The translations under genes and the position numbers were made by a program. From positions 1 through 47,562 of the forward strand of contig CBDVBU010000001.1 in assembly GCA_965372295.1 (NCBI GenBank): a stretch of DNA of 47,562 bases. The letters are read 5' to 3'. Source of the DNA: an uncultured Phycisphaerae bacterium. Lineage in GTDB: Bacteria; Planctomycetota; Phycisphaerae; Sedimentisphaerales; Anaerobacaceae. Shown piece by piece: positions 8,559-16,578 of the stretch (within the stretch, counting starts at the first letter, position 1; each line of letters opens with the position of its first letter). Under the pieces are notes generated by a model. That model saw only the letters and a program-made list of their open reading frames with translations. It was not told the DNA's origin and did no database searches.

Positions 8559-9328
8559 GACGGCCACGCATTGTAATTGGGGAGGAAGGTACCAAGGTTC
8601 CAGCCTATATCGTTACGTTTTCAGATATGATCACTCTGCTGCTGACTTTTTTCGTAATGCTGCTAAGTCTGGCTAACGTCCAGGATCCGGAACTTTTTGA
8701 TAAAGGTCGAGATGCCTTTCTGGAATCAATTAGACACATCGGACTTGGAATGCTATTTGGAAAAGAAGAAGCGCCTCGTTTTGGCGATATCAAAACCAAA
8801 CACTCCATAAGTAATCCTGATGAGCTGACCGATCTCAGGACTGTTGACGCAAAGGCCGAAGAGCTTCGCCGGATTCTTGAAAAACTTAGGCAAACGACCA
8901 CAATTGTGCCTTCGCAAATAGTCGCTGAAAGGACCAATTTTTCGGTAGCTAACGTTCACTTTTCGCCCGGTCGCATCGACCTGAATGAGCCGGCGAGGAA
9001 GTTTCTGAGAGGATTTAGTCTGGATTTACAGCAAAATGTCGACCGAAAGCCGGTCGAACTGTATGTCCTCGGCCTGGCCTCTGATGGAAAGAGCGATAAA
9101 GAGAAGTGGTTGCTCTCTGCAAGGCGAGCCCAAACGGTGGCAGATTTTCTGCGGGGTACGCTGTCTGCGGCAGGGGGGGGGCAATCGCGACGTAGTCTGG
9201 CCGGCGGTCGATCAAAATGGTCCGTTTATTCATGGGGAGCGGGCTTGGGAGGTGATTGGGTGGGGCGGGACAGCCCGATTTCGAAGCATTCGCAGATACT
9301 GATAGCGGTTCTAAGAACAAGTGATTAA
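8555..9328 (+). CDS. motB: MotB-like stator protein 2 (canonical OmpA-like peptidoglycan-binding motif; TTG start overlapping the upstream stop)
   Basis: The TM carries the channel Asp (VPAYIVTFSDMITLLLTFFVMLLSL). The OmpA-like domain has KWLLSARRAQTVADFL (compare E. coli MotB NWELSADRANA). Confidence 0.75.
   Translation: MRRPRIVIGEEGTKVPAYIVTFSDMITLLLTFFVMLLSLANVQDPELFDKGRDAFLESIRHIGLGMLFGKEEAPRFGDIKTKHSISNPDELTDLRTVDAKAEELRRILEKLRQTTTIVPSQIVAERTNFSVANVHFSPGRIDLNEPARKFLRGFSLDLQQNVDRKPVELYVLGLASDGKSDKEKWLLSARRAQTVADFLRGTLSAAGGGQSRRSLAGGRSKWSVYSWGAGLGGDWVGRDSPISKHSQILIAVLRTSD
9173..9181 (+). repeat. G9 homopolymer inside motB paralog 2 (encodes GGG in ...SAAGGGQSRR...)
   Basis: Directly counted: 9173-9181 are nine consecutive G. 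This is the longest G/C run I saw in the window. Confidence 0.9.
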
Positions 9329-9429
9329 TTTGTACGCTTGTCAAGTTTTTCGACAACTTTTATGTTCGTGCACGAGATTTTCATCACAAAACCGCTGCTG
9401 ATAGTGTATCAAAGCACTTTTTAGCATTT

Positions 9430-9445
9430 CGGCACGCTATTTGCA
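9430..9445 (+). promoter_or_regulatory. sigma54 (-24/-12) promoter upstream of fliO
   Basis: The sequence cGGCACGctatTTGCA matches TGGCACG-N4-TTGCW with correct spacing. It lies in the only sizeable gap (9329-9521) of the + strand gene train, 78 nt upstream of the fliO start. Confidence 0.7.
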
Positions 9446-9521
9446 CTTAGAATACTGATTAGTGCGCTCGTAGTATGTCGCTAAATGACGGCCCGAGAAT
9501 TGTTTTTTTGTGCTTTGAAGT

Positions 9522-10028
9522 GTGGTTGAATTTAGGAAAAAAATCTTTTTGTTTTTGATGATGGTTGTGTTGGGTGCCGGTGTGCTGGTTATCTGCTCGG
9601 CCCAGCCCGCGACTAATGGAATGGAGTCTGGGAAATCGCAGCCCGATCCCGACCAGCCGCAAGCAGGTGCCGAATCTAAAAATAGTCCCTTGTTTGCAAA
9701 TGATCCTGATTTTTTCAGGGAATCGGACTTTAATCCTGGTGGAGCAGGATTTTCTATTAGAGCGGTACTTGCGGTTTTGTTTGTTCTTGCTCTGTTTATA
9801 GTGGCGATTTACGTTTCCAAAAAACTCCTGCCAAAGATTGCAAACCTGCCGGGCAAAGAAATACGGATCGTCGAAACGGTCCACCTCGGTCCCCGTAAGA
9901 CGGTACATTTACTCGAGATAGATAATCGGCGGTTCCTTATAGGCAGCACAAATGAGAACATTACGAAATTGGCTGACCTGACCGGCGATTTAATGAATTT
10001 ATCAGCTAAAGAAACGAATTATAATTGA
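9522..10028 (+). CDS. fliO: FliO, flagellar export apparatus accessory protein (GTG start; alternative ATG at 9558)
   Basis: It has a single TM (AVLAVLFVLALFIVAIYV) followed by the FliO signature IRIVETVHLGPRKTVHLLEIDNRRFLIGSTNENITKL. It lies directly upstream of fliP. Confidence 0.7.
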   Translation: MVEFRKKIFLFLMMVVLGAGVLVICSAQPATNGMESGKSQPDPDQPQAGAESKNSPLFANDPDFFRESDFNPGGAGFSIRAVLAVLFVLALFIVAIYVSKKLLPKIANLPGKEIRIVETVHLGPRKTVHLLEIDNRRFLIGSTNENITKLADLTGDLMNLSAKETNYN

Positions 10029-10036
10029 GAAAATAG

Positions 10037-10882
10037 ATGGTCGGTAAACTTATTCGAATGCTTTTATTTGCGGTAGTTATTTTGATGCCGGCCGGATTGT
10101 CTTTTGTTCAGGGCGCCAATGCGCTCGCTCAGCCTGAACTGCCAAGACTGCCAAACGATACTTCTGGAGTAAATGCTCCGGCAGTCGGTATCCCAAGCAT
10201 CGGAGATTTGATGACAGTCATAGATAAAGCGACTGCCGACGAGGCCGAAGGTAAAGATTGGTCAACTCCTGTGAAGCTTGTAATTATCTTTACCGGTCTG
10301 GCGATTTTGCCAAGCCTTTTGGTGATGATGACATCATTCACGAGAATAGTTATTGTTCTGGCTTTTATTCGGCGTGCTCTAACCACTCAAACCATACCGC
10401 CTACTGTTGCCATAATAGGTTTAGCGTTGTTTCTGACTTTATATACAATGGCGCCAACATTTTCGAAGATTAACACAAGCTCGATTCAGCCTTATATTGC
10501 GGATGAAATTGATTTTCAGGCAGCCGGAACCAGGGCCGGCAATTGTCTCAAGGAGTTCATGCTGCGACAATGCCGGGAAGCTGATTTGGCTCTTTTTGTG
10601 CAGATGGCCAAAATTGAGCCTCCTACCAGTCTGATGGAGATAGATTTGCACATAGTTATTCCGGCTTTTATTATCAGTGAGTTCCGCACGGCATTCGAGA
10701 TGGGCTGTCTCTTGTTTATTCCTTTTCTATTGATCGACATGGTTATTGCGAGTGTTTTACTTAGTGCGGGTATGATGATGCTGCCGCCGGTAATGATTTC
10801 GCTGCCTTTCAAGCTGATGTTATTCATTCTTGTTGATGGGTGGGGTTTGCTGGCGAAGAGTCTCAGCATGAGTTTTAATTAA
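10037..10882 (+). CDS. fliP: FliP, flagellar type III export gate protein
   Basis: It has a signal-like N-terminus and the conserved FliP core (LAILPSLLVMMTSFTRIVIVLAFIRRALTTQTIPP ... GMMMLPPVMISLPFKLMLFILVDGW). Confidence 0.95.
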   Translation: MVGKLIRMLLFAVVILMPAGLSFVQGANALAQPELPRLPNDTSGVNAPAVGIPSIGDLMTVIDKATADEAEGKDWSTPVKLVIIFTGLAILPSLLVMMTSFTRIVIVLAFIRRALTTQTIPPTVAIIGLALFLTLYTMAPTFSKINTSSIQPYIADEIDFQAAGTRAGNCLKEFMLRQCREADLALFVQMAKIEPPTSLMEIDLHIVIPAFIISEFRTAFEMGCLLFIPFLLIDMVIASVLLSAGMMMLPPVMISLPFKLMLFILVDGWGLLAKSLSMSFN

Positions 10883-10911
10883 AGCACAGATTTTTTGTAG
10901 GAATTTAGCAG

Positions 10912-11181
10912 ATGGACAGCAGTTTCGTTCTTTACTTAGGCAGGCATACACTTGAGACGGCTTTGCTTTTGTCTGCTCCGATTCTACTGACGTGTTTGGT
11001 TGTCGGAGTGGTGGTGACTCTGCTTCAGGCGGTTACTTCCATCCGCGATATGACCTTGACAATCGTTCCGAAGCTTCTTGCCGTTGGTGTTGTGATGTTG
11101 ATTTTCGGAAGCTGGATGCTGGGAGTCATACTCAAATTCACCAACGAGATTTTTGGTCACGTTCAAAATATCGGGCGCTGA
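10912..11181 (+). CDS. fliQ: FliQ, flagellar type III export gate protein
   Basis: 89 aa with two TM segments. The typical FliQ sequence is present (LETALLLSAPILLTCLVVGVVVTLLQAVTSIRDMTLTIVPKL). It lies between fliP and fliR. Confidence 0.9.
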   Translation: MDSSFVLYLGRHTLETALLLSAPILLTCLVVGVVVTLLQAVTSIRDMTLTIVPKLLAVGVVMLIFGSWMLGVILKFTNEIFGHVQNIGR

Positions 11182-11187
11182 AGATAG

Positions 11188-11940
11188 ATGGCACTGATGA
11201 TCGAAAAGCTGCTTGGTTTTATGATGGTGCTGACAAGGCTTTCGGCGTTTTTTCTGGTTATTCCTGTTTTTGGGTGGAAAAGCATTCCGGTCAGAATCAA
11301 AGTAGCGATGACCGTGCTGTTGACGATTTTCTTTTCGATGATAACACCCATATCAGTTAATGCCGGCCAAATATCTTCTACAGAGGCAGTATTGTTGATG
11401 GCCAATGAAGCTACGTATGGATTGGCTCTGGGATTAATCGCTACTTTTGTATTTGCCGCGGTTAAATTAAGCGGTCGTATTATAGAACGACAGATGGGTT
11501 TAGCTATGGCTCAGATTTTAGATCCATTGACCGGCGAGAGAGCACAGCCGCTTGGCAGTTTGCTGGAGATGATATTTATCATGCTGTTTCTCAGCGCCAA
11601 CGGTCATCATTTGTTTTTGTTGATAATTTCGCGAAGTTATGATTCGTTTCCCGCCGGCAGTATCCCGACAATACCGGTTCTGACCGAAGGGATAATTCAA
11701 GCCGGCTCGACAATGTTATTACACGGCTTGAAACTGGCTGCACCAATATTGGCCGCGTTTCTGTTGTTGATGGTTGTCTTAGCGGTGTTAGCACGCATGG
11801 TCCCGGAAATGAATGTATTATTTGTCAGTTTGCCTTTGCGTGTAGGTCTGGGATTGTTAATGGTGGCGATATTTATGCCGTTCATCAGTTCATTTGTAGG
11901 TGAATTTGCGAAATTGATGGAAAAACTGCTGCCCTTATGA
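11188..11940 (+). CDS. fliR: FliR, flagellar type III export gate protein
   Basis: 250 aa polytopic membrane protein in the fliP-fliQ-fliR-flhB order. Confidence 0.9.
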   Translation: MALMIEKLLGFMMVLTRLSAFFLVIPVFGWKSIPVRIKVAMTVLLTIFFSMITPISVNAGQISSTEAVLLMANEATYGLALGLIATFVFAAVKLSGRIIERQMGLAMAQILDPLTGERAQPLGSLLEMIFIMLFLSANGHHLFLLIISRSYDSFPAGSIPTIPVLTEGIIQAGSTMLLHGLKLAAPILAAFLLLMVVLAVLARMVPEMNVLFVSLPLRVGLGLLMVAIFMPFISSFVGEFAKLMEKLLPL

Positions 11941-12013
11941 AACTTTTAAAAGCGAGGGCAAGAGATGAGGGTCAAATGAATCCTCTCTCTTGTACCGGCA
12001 TCGGGGAATAATC

Positions 12014-13081
12014 ATGGCAGAGCAGCCGGTTGCTGAGAAGACACACTATCCGACATTCAGGAAGTTGCAGAAGGCCCGGGAGAAAGGGCAACTGCCGCAG
12101 AGCCAGGAGCTGACCTCGGTTGTGACGCTTCTTGTGTTGATAGCGATGGTTGCTCTGTTGGGTCCGAGTCTGACGAAATGGTTCATAGTGCAAATTAAGC
12201 ATGGGATGTCGTGCGAAAACATCGTTTTTTCTAACACAGAATCATTCATAGCCTTTATCAATGGAAAAACTGCCGATTTAATACTCGTTATCCTTCCGGT
12301 TTTAGCAGCACTTTTCGTAGGCGCTATTATGGCCGGCGTTGCTGTTGGCGGTTTGAATTTTGCGCCGGGGGCAATCGAGCTTAAGTTCGATAGACTGAAT
12401 CCGGTGGCAGGATTTGGGAAACTTTTCAATGCTCGATCCATAGTAAAGCTCCTGATATCCATACTCAAATTACTCTGTGTTTCATTGGTCGTTTGGTTTT
12501 ATATTCAAAGCAAACTTGATGTCTTTGCAGCGCTTCGCTGGACATGGTCCACGCAAATGCTTGCCGTTACAGCCAAGCTTATACTTGGCCTTTTAATACG
12601 TGTTGGTATTATACTGCTGTTGATAGGGATTGCCGATGCTTTTTATCAGAAATGGAAGTATATCCAAGACCTGAAGATGACGCATCAGGAAGCGAAAAAG
12701 GATCGCAAAGACACGGAAGGCTCGCCGGAACTAAAGGGTCGAATCCGTAGAATTCAGATTGAAATGGCATCCAGGCGCATGTTGCGCGAAGTTCCCAAGG
12801 CCAGCGTGGTTCTTGTTAATCCGACACATGTTGCTGTTGCACTGCGTTATGAGTCAAAGGAGATGGAATCGCCGATGATGGTAGCCAAGGGAGCAGATCA
12901 TTTAGCTGAGAGAATTAGAGAAATTGCACGTGCTTATGGAGTGCCGATTGTAAGAAGGCCGGAATTGGCGAGAACAATATATTCAACAGTGAAACCTGGC
13001 GATGTTATACCGCAAACACTATACGCGGCTGTGGCAGAGGTGCTGGCTATGATTTATCGGTTGCGGCGCAGAAAAATGTAA
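12014..13081 (+). CDS. flhB: FlhB, export-gate substrate-specificity switch protein
   Basis: The N-terminus is AEKTHYPTFRKLQKAREKGQLPQSQEL. There are four TM segments and the NPTH autocleavage site (VVLVNPTHVAVALRY). I prefer the ATG at 12014. Confidence 0.9.
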   Translation: MAEQPVAEKTHYPTFRKLQKAREKGQLPQSQELTSVVTLLVLIAMVALLGPSLTKWFIVQIKHGMSCENIVFSNTESFIAFINGKTADLILVILPVLAALFVGAIMAGVAVGGLNFAPGAIELKFDRLNPVAGFGKLFNARSIVKLLISILKLLCVSLVVWFYIQSKLDVFAALRWTWSTQMLAVTAKLILGLLIRVGIILLLIGIADAFYQKWKYIQDLKMTHQEAKKDRKDTEGSPELKGRIRRIQIEMASRRMLREVPKASVVLVNPTHVAVALRYESKEMESPMMVAKGADHLAERIREIARAYGVPIVRRPELARTIYSTVKPGDVIPQTLYAAVAEVLAMIYRLRRRKM

Positions 13082-13098
13082 ACGGCTGGTTAGTACAT

Positions 13099-15513
13099 CT
13101 AAGAACCAAAGGTGGCGGCGCTAATAATACTAACCGCAGCCATCTGCCGTTGCATCATAGCCAAGGTTTTTTCAAGACGCGCATACTTTTGGATAAGTCT
13201 TGTTTCTACATTGTTAAGACGGTTTTCTTCGTTCTCGATTCTTCTGGCTATTGCAGTTATCTTGTCATCAAGAATTTCTTTACTGATATCAAGCCGGCCG
13301 TCAGCTTCAAGCACCTTGTCAAGTAGATCTTCGAGAGCACCGGCCATGCCCTGCTTGACATTGATAGTTGCAGTATAAGTACCATCAGATTGGTTCGGAT
13401 CAACAGTAAGCTGCAGGCCGTTTTCGGGATATAAAGGATTTCCGTCATCATCGAAATCGCTGTTGCCACTTACAAGGTTATTAGGCCAGGTGGCATTATC
13501 ACGCCAAGTGGATTCACTGGATAGTTTGATTCTGACATCAGTTATAGTATTGCTCGCTATATCTACCTCAACATCATAGGTGCCGGCGGTTGTGTATTTG
13601 TCGTTGGCATTATAAAACTGGATGATTGTACTACTACTGTTACCGCTTTTGGTTGCTCCAAGCAACTCAAGGACATCATCAAAATCATCATTTATTGCAT
13701 CGTTGAATTCGTCTGTGTCAAATTCCATCATTCCGGCGCCATCTATGCTAAGGCCTATATCAGAAGCCTGAACAAAGCTATCTATCGTATCGACGAAACC
13801 ATCGGCAATTCCGATGAACGGGTCACGAGTCTGGAATTTAATAAATGAAACCGCGATATCGTTGCTCAATATGCCCATTTTTTTGGCTTCAGTATCATAT
13901 TCGGTTTTACTCTTCAACTCGGTAATTAAGTCATTATAGGCAGTAACCATAATCTGGATTTTTTTGCTGACTGAACCCGTGTTTCTATTGATCGTTATTT
14001 TAATCGGGGTATCCACTTCTGTAACATCGTGAAGATTTAATTTTATACCACTCAGGGCATCGGTGATGCTGTTACTATTTCTGGTGATCCATGGATTGAC
14101 ACCTTTTGTTGTCTCCGTAGCTGTGATCCCACCATATCCGGGCCCATTCAGCGTACCTTCATCAATCAAAAGCATAGGAACATCACCTAAAGTGTCGCTG
14201 AATGTGAATGTCATAATTGCATTATTTGTGGTGAAAGTCTGGCCGCCCACCGTTATATCGCCTGGATTAACGTTGTTCAACGCTTCTAACGCTTCTTGAA
14301 CACTACCAGCGCCTGTTAAAGGGTCATTATAATCAATATCTGCGGTTGTTTGGCCTTTATATGTTAACCTGAACACCCCGGTGTTTGCTCTGCCACTTAC
14401 TTGCATCTCCTGCTCTTCAGGGACAGCAGTAGTTGAAGGATAGCCGTCAATTTTAATCTCCGAGTTCTGAGCTGTTTGGGTTTGTATGAAATAGCTTGAA
14501 TCAAGCGAGGCCAGGCTTTCTGAAGTTGCCGCCCCATCCTTGAACTCGGCCATCGTTGGTACCGTCAATGATGTATCGCCACTGCCGGCATTATAAGCCA
14601 GGCTAACGCTAAGACTACTCGCCCCGGAGGCTGTATCCGTTACAACAATTGCGCCATCTTTGAGAGTGGCCTTGACGTTTCCGCCGAAAGCATCTTCGAT
14701 TGCATCAATAAGATGTGCTAATGTGGTATTACTGTTAACGGCAAGATCAAACTGAGTTATAGCATTGGTATAACGGTCAGTACCGGTTATCTGAATTTCC
14801 TCATCACCCTGGAGCCCTGCATTTTCGGTAAACTGGCTAAGTTCTGTTATTTTGGTAGTCAAGCCGGCATTTTGAGTGCTGTCAGATGCAAGTGTAAAGG
14901 ATGAATCAGCCTTCCAGACTTCTGTAGAACTTGTATTAACAGATATCTGGTAATCCTCGCCAGTTTCCTGGCCGCTTAGCATCAGGTGGTATTTGCCGCC
15001 CTGAAGCAGTAAACTGGCAGTAACGCCGGGATTGTTCTCATCATTATTTATCAGATTGGCAAAATCTTCCAAGGTGGTTTCATCAGCGATAGCGGTTATC
15101 GTTGTTTCCTTATTATTATATGAATAGATAAAAGTGCCACCGCCCACATAATCAGTCTCGTAATCAAAGGTGGAAGTATCCTGTATCCACGTCTCGGTTG
15201 TTGCCAACTGATTGACTTCGATTGAATGCGAACCTGGACTGGCATCTGATGTTGCGCTGATGGTTAGTATGTTCCTGTCGCTGGAGTTTGCGCTGAAAAT
15301 TTCCATGTTATCGGCATCGGAAAGGGCACTCGCCGCTGATTGCAGGGAGGTGATTTTGGTTCGCAATTCATCCAGTGTGGTGGTTTGTTTCTCGTAGTCT
15401 GTTTTCTGTACTTGGTATTTGGCAAGCCTTCGGCTGTTGACTATCATAAGCTGTTTAATGAGCGCAGCGGTATCAATACCTGTTACCAAACCGGGAAATC
15501 TTAACTCGCCCAT
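13099..15513 (-). CDS. fliD: FliD, filament cap protein (HAP2), unusually long at 804 aa
   Basis: The N-terminal domain is FPGLVTGIDTAALIKQLMIVNSRRLAKYQVQK. The C-terminal domain is ...NNVETRLIQKYARLEKTLAMMQRQMA. A large T/S/D/N-rich central region lies between them. Confidence 0.85.
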   Translation of the reverse strand: MGELRFPGLVTGIDTAALIKQLMIVNSRRLAKYQVQKTDYEKQTTTLDELRTKITSLQSAASALSDADNMEIFSANSSDRNILTISATSDASPGSHSIEVNQLATTETWIQDTSTFDYETDYVGGGTFIYSYNNKETTITAIADETTLEDFANLINNDENNPGVTASLLLQGGKYHLMLSGQETGEDYQISVNTSSTEVWKADSSFTLASDSTQNAGLTTKITELSQFTENAGLQGDEEIQITGTDRYTNAITQFDLAVNSNTTLAHLIDAIEDAFGGNVKATLKDGAIVVTDTASGASSLSVSLAYNAGSGDTSLTVPTMAEFKDGAATSESLASLDSSYFIQTQTAQNSEIKIDGYPSTTAVPEEQEMQVSGRANTGVFRLTYKGQTTADIDYNDPLTGAGSVQEALEALNNVNPGDITVGGQTFTTNNAIMTFTFSDTLGDVPMLLIDEGTLNGPGYGGITATETTKGVNPWITRNSNSITDALSGIKLNLHDVTEVDTPIKITINRNTGSVSKKIQIMVTAYNDLITELKSKTEYDTEAKKMGILSNDIAVSFIKFQTRDPFIGIADGFVDTIDSFVQASDIGLSIDGAGMMEFDTDEFNDAINDDFDDVLELLGATKSGNSSSTIIQFYNANDKYTTAGTYDVEVDIASNTITDVRIKLSSESTWRDNATWPNNLVSGNSDFDDDGNPLYPENGLQLTVDPNQSDGTYTATINVKQGMAGALEDLLDKVLEADGRLDISKEILDDKITAIARRIENEENRLNNVETRLIQKYARLEKTLAMMQRQMAAVSIISAATFGS

Positions 15514-15545
15514 GCTTTATTTCCTAATCCTTATCCTGTTCTTAT

Positions 15546-15579
15546 GCCATAAGAAGTGCCGGATTGTCCTTCTTATGGC
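15546..15579 (-). promoter_or_regulatory. Perfect 11-bp-stem hairpin in the fliD 5' leader
   Basis: On the plus strand, GCCATAAGAAG (15546-15556), a 12-nt loop, then CTTCTTATGGC (15569-15579). It lies between the sigma28-type promoter and the fliD start codon. A third copy of the arm (TTCTTAT, 15539-15545) allows an alternative weaker pairing. Confidence 0.5.
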
Positions 15580-15590
15580 CCTTCCCAATG

Positions 15591-15617
15591 TTATCGAACG
15601 AAATAGGCCAAACTTAA
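15591..15617 (-). promoter_or_regulatory. sigma28 (FliA)-type promoter upstream of fliD
   Basis: The minus strand reads TTAAGTTT-N11-TTCGATAA. The enterobacterial consensus is TAAAGTTT-N11-GCCGATAA. The match is 7/8 and 6/8 with exact spacing. It is intergenic, 78 nt upstream of the fliD ATG. Confidence 0.45.
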
Positions 15618-15631
15618 ATATCAAGTTTGAA

Positions 15632-15943
15632 TCAGCCGTTGTCACGATATGCCTTGAGTGTTTTTCGGACATTGCCAACCTGCCTCAGTTGCCTGCCGAC
15701 AGAATCTTTCCCTGCTGTAAGTATCAGTTGCAGTTTTTTGTACAATTTCACTATATGTTTGCGCTGGCCGTCAAATTCAGGTTGGTCAAACGTTTTTGTT
15801 TTAACAATTTTCTCAACGGCAGAATCGGCCTGCTCAGCCAGTGCCTCAGCACGACGCCAATTGCTTCTTCGGGCCATTTCTATTTGCTTTTCTAACAAGC
15901 TCCGCAATTCATCCAGCATAGATATTTGTTTATTAGTGCTCAT
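15632..15943 (-). CDS. Small helical protein, FliT-like (candidate FliD export chaperone)
   Basis: 103 aa and all-helical. From memory it resembles enterobacterial FliT in two segments: QIEMARRSNWRRAEALAEQADSAVEKI versus L..LA..g.Wd.l...e..y, and the C-terminal NVRKTLKAYRDNG versus QKS.L.AYG. It lies immediately upstream of fliD, and its start overlaps the upstream stop (ATGA). Confidence 0.4.
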   Translation of the reverse strand: MSTNKQISMLDELRSLLEKQIEMARRSNWRRAEALAEQADSAVEKIVKTKTFDQPEFDGQRKHIVKLYKKLQLILTAGKDSVGRQLRQVGNVRKTLKAYRDNG

Positions 15944-16578
15944 CCGGTTTGAGTCCCTGCTATGTTTTCCTGGGCCAGACTGTGTTCGACTTCTTCCAGC
16001 AGGTTAGCTGCATCTTTATGGTTCTTGTCCAGAGTTAAGACGTCCAGCAGAGCTTTTTTGGATTCCTCGAACCTGCCGTCTTTCATATATAGCGCCGCCA
16101 AAGGAAACATTACGGATGTGTCACCCGGATGCATGTTCAAATATATCTCGAGGTAATGAGTAACCTGTGCAAATGAACCCATCTGGCAGGAGGCCTGAAA
16201 CAGGCCGAGTAGTGCTATGAGATTTTCGGTGTCCAGTTCCAGGCTTTTAAGATACATCTCGAATGCCTGCTTGTAATCGGTTCTCTGCTGTGCGGTTAAG
16301 CCCAGGCCGGCATAAGCCTTGGCGCAATCGGCGTCCAGCCTGCAGGCGACCTTGAAGGCTATTTCGGCGTCATCAAGCTGATTATTCTGCAGGGCGACTA
16401 CTCCAAGTCCGACATAAGGATCCGGTGCATCAGGTGACAGGACGGCGGCCTTATCGTAGTATTTTTGTGCCAGTTTGTAGTTGCCGACAGAAGCGTAACA
16501 ATCTCCCATTTCCTGCAAAGCTTCATAATGCTGAGTCGAATCGTGCTGCTGATCGACATTGTTTTGTGTTATGTCCAT
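15940..16578 (-). CDS. Tetratricopeptide-repeat (TPR) protein
   Basis: 212 aa of consecutive TPR-like units (YASVGNYKLAQKYYDKAAVLSPDAPDPY..., AKAYAGLGLTAQQRTDYKQAFEMYLKSLELD...). Confidence 0.7.
   Translation of the reverse strand: MDITQNNVDQQHDSTQHYEALQEMGDCYASVGNYKLAQKYYDKAAVLSPDAPDPYVGLGVVALQNNQLDDAEIAFKVACRLDADCAKAYAGLGLTAQQRTDYKQAFEMYLKSLELDTENLIALLGLFQASCQMGSFAQVTHYLEIYLNMHPGDTSVMFPLAALYMKDGRFEESKKALLDVLTLDKNHKDAANLLEEVEHSLAQENIAGTQTG

Noticed and set aside
9036-9302. An 88-aa alternative-frame ORF inside motB paralog 2.
   Set aside because: The annotated frame carries the conserved OmpA-like motifs before and after this region. The alternative frame matters only as the read-through frame if the G9 tract slips.
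9339-9365. A possible terminator after motB paralog 2 (TTGTC-N9-GACAA followed by CTTTTAT).
   Set aside because: The stem is only 5 bp with a 9-nt loop, and it is AT-rich. That is too weak to call.
15545-15564. A sigma54-like element upstream of fliD (minus strand ATCCGGCACTTCTTATGGCAT).
   Set aside because: The -24 GGCAC is good, but the -12 GC is one nt too far away, and sigma54 promoters tolerate spacing changes poorly. A better sigma28-type match lies 30 nt upstream. I kept it only as part of the shared-motif observation.
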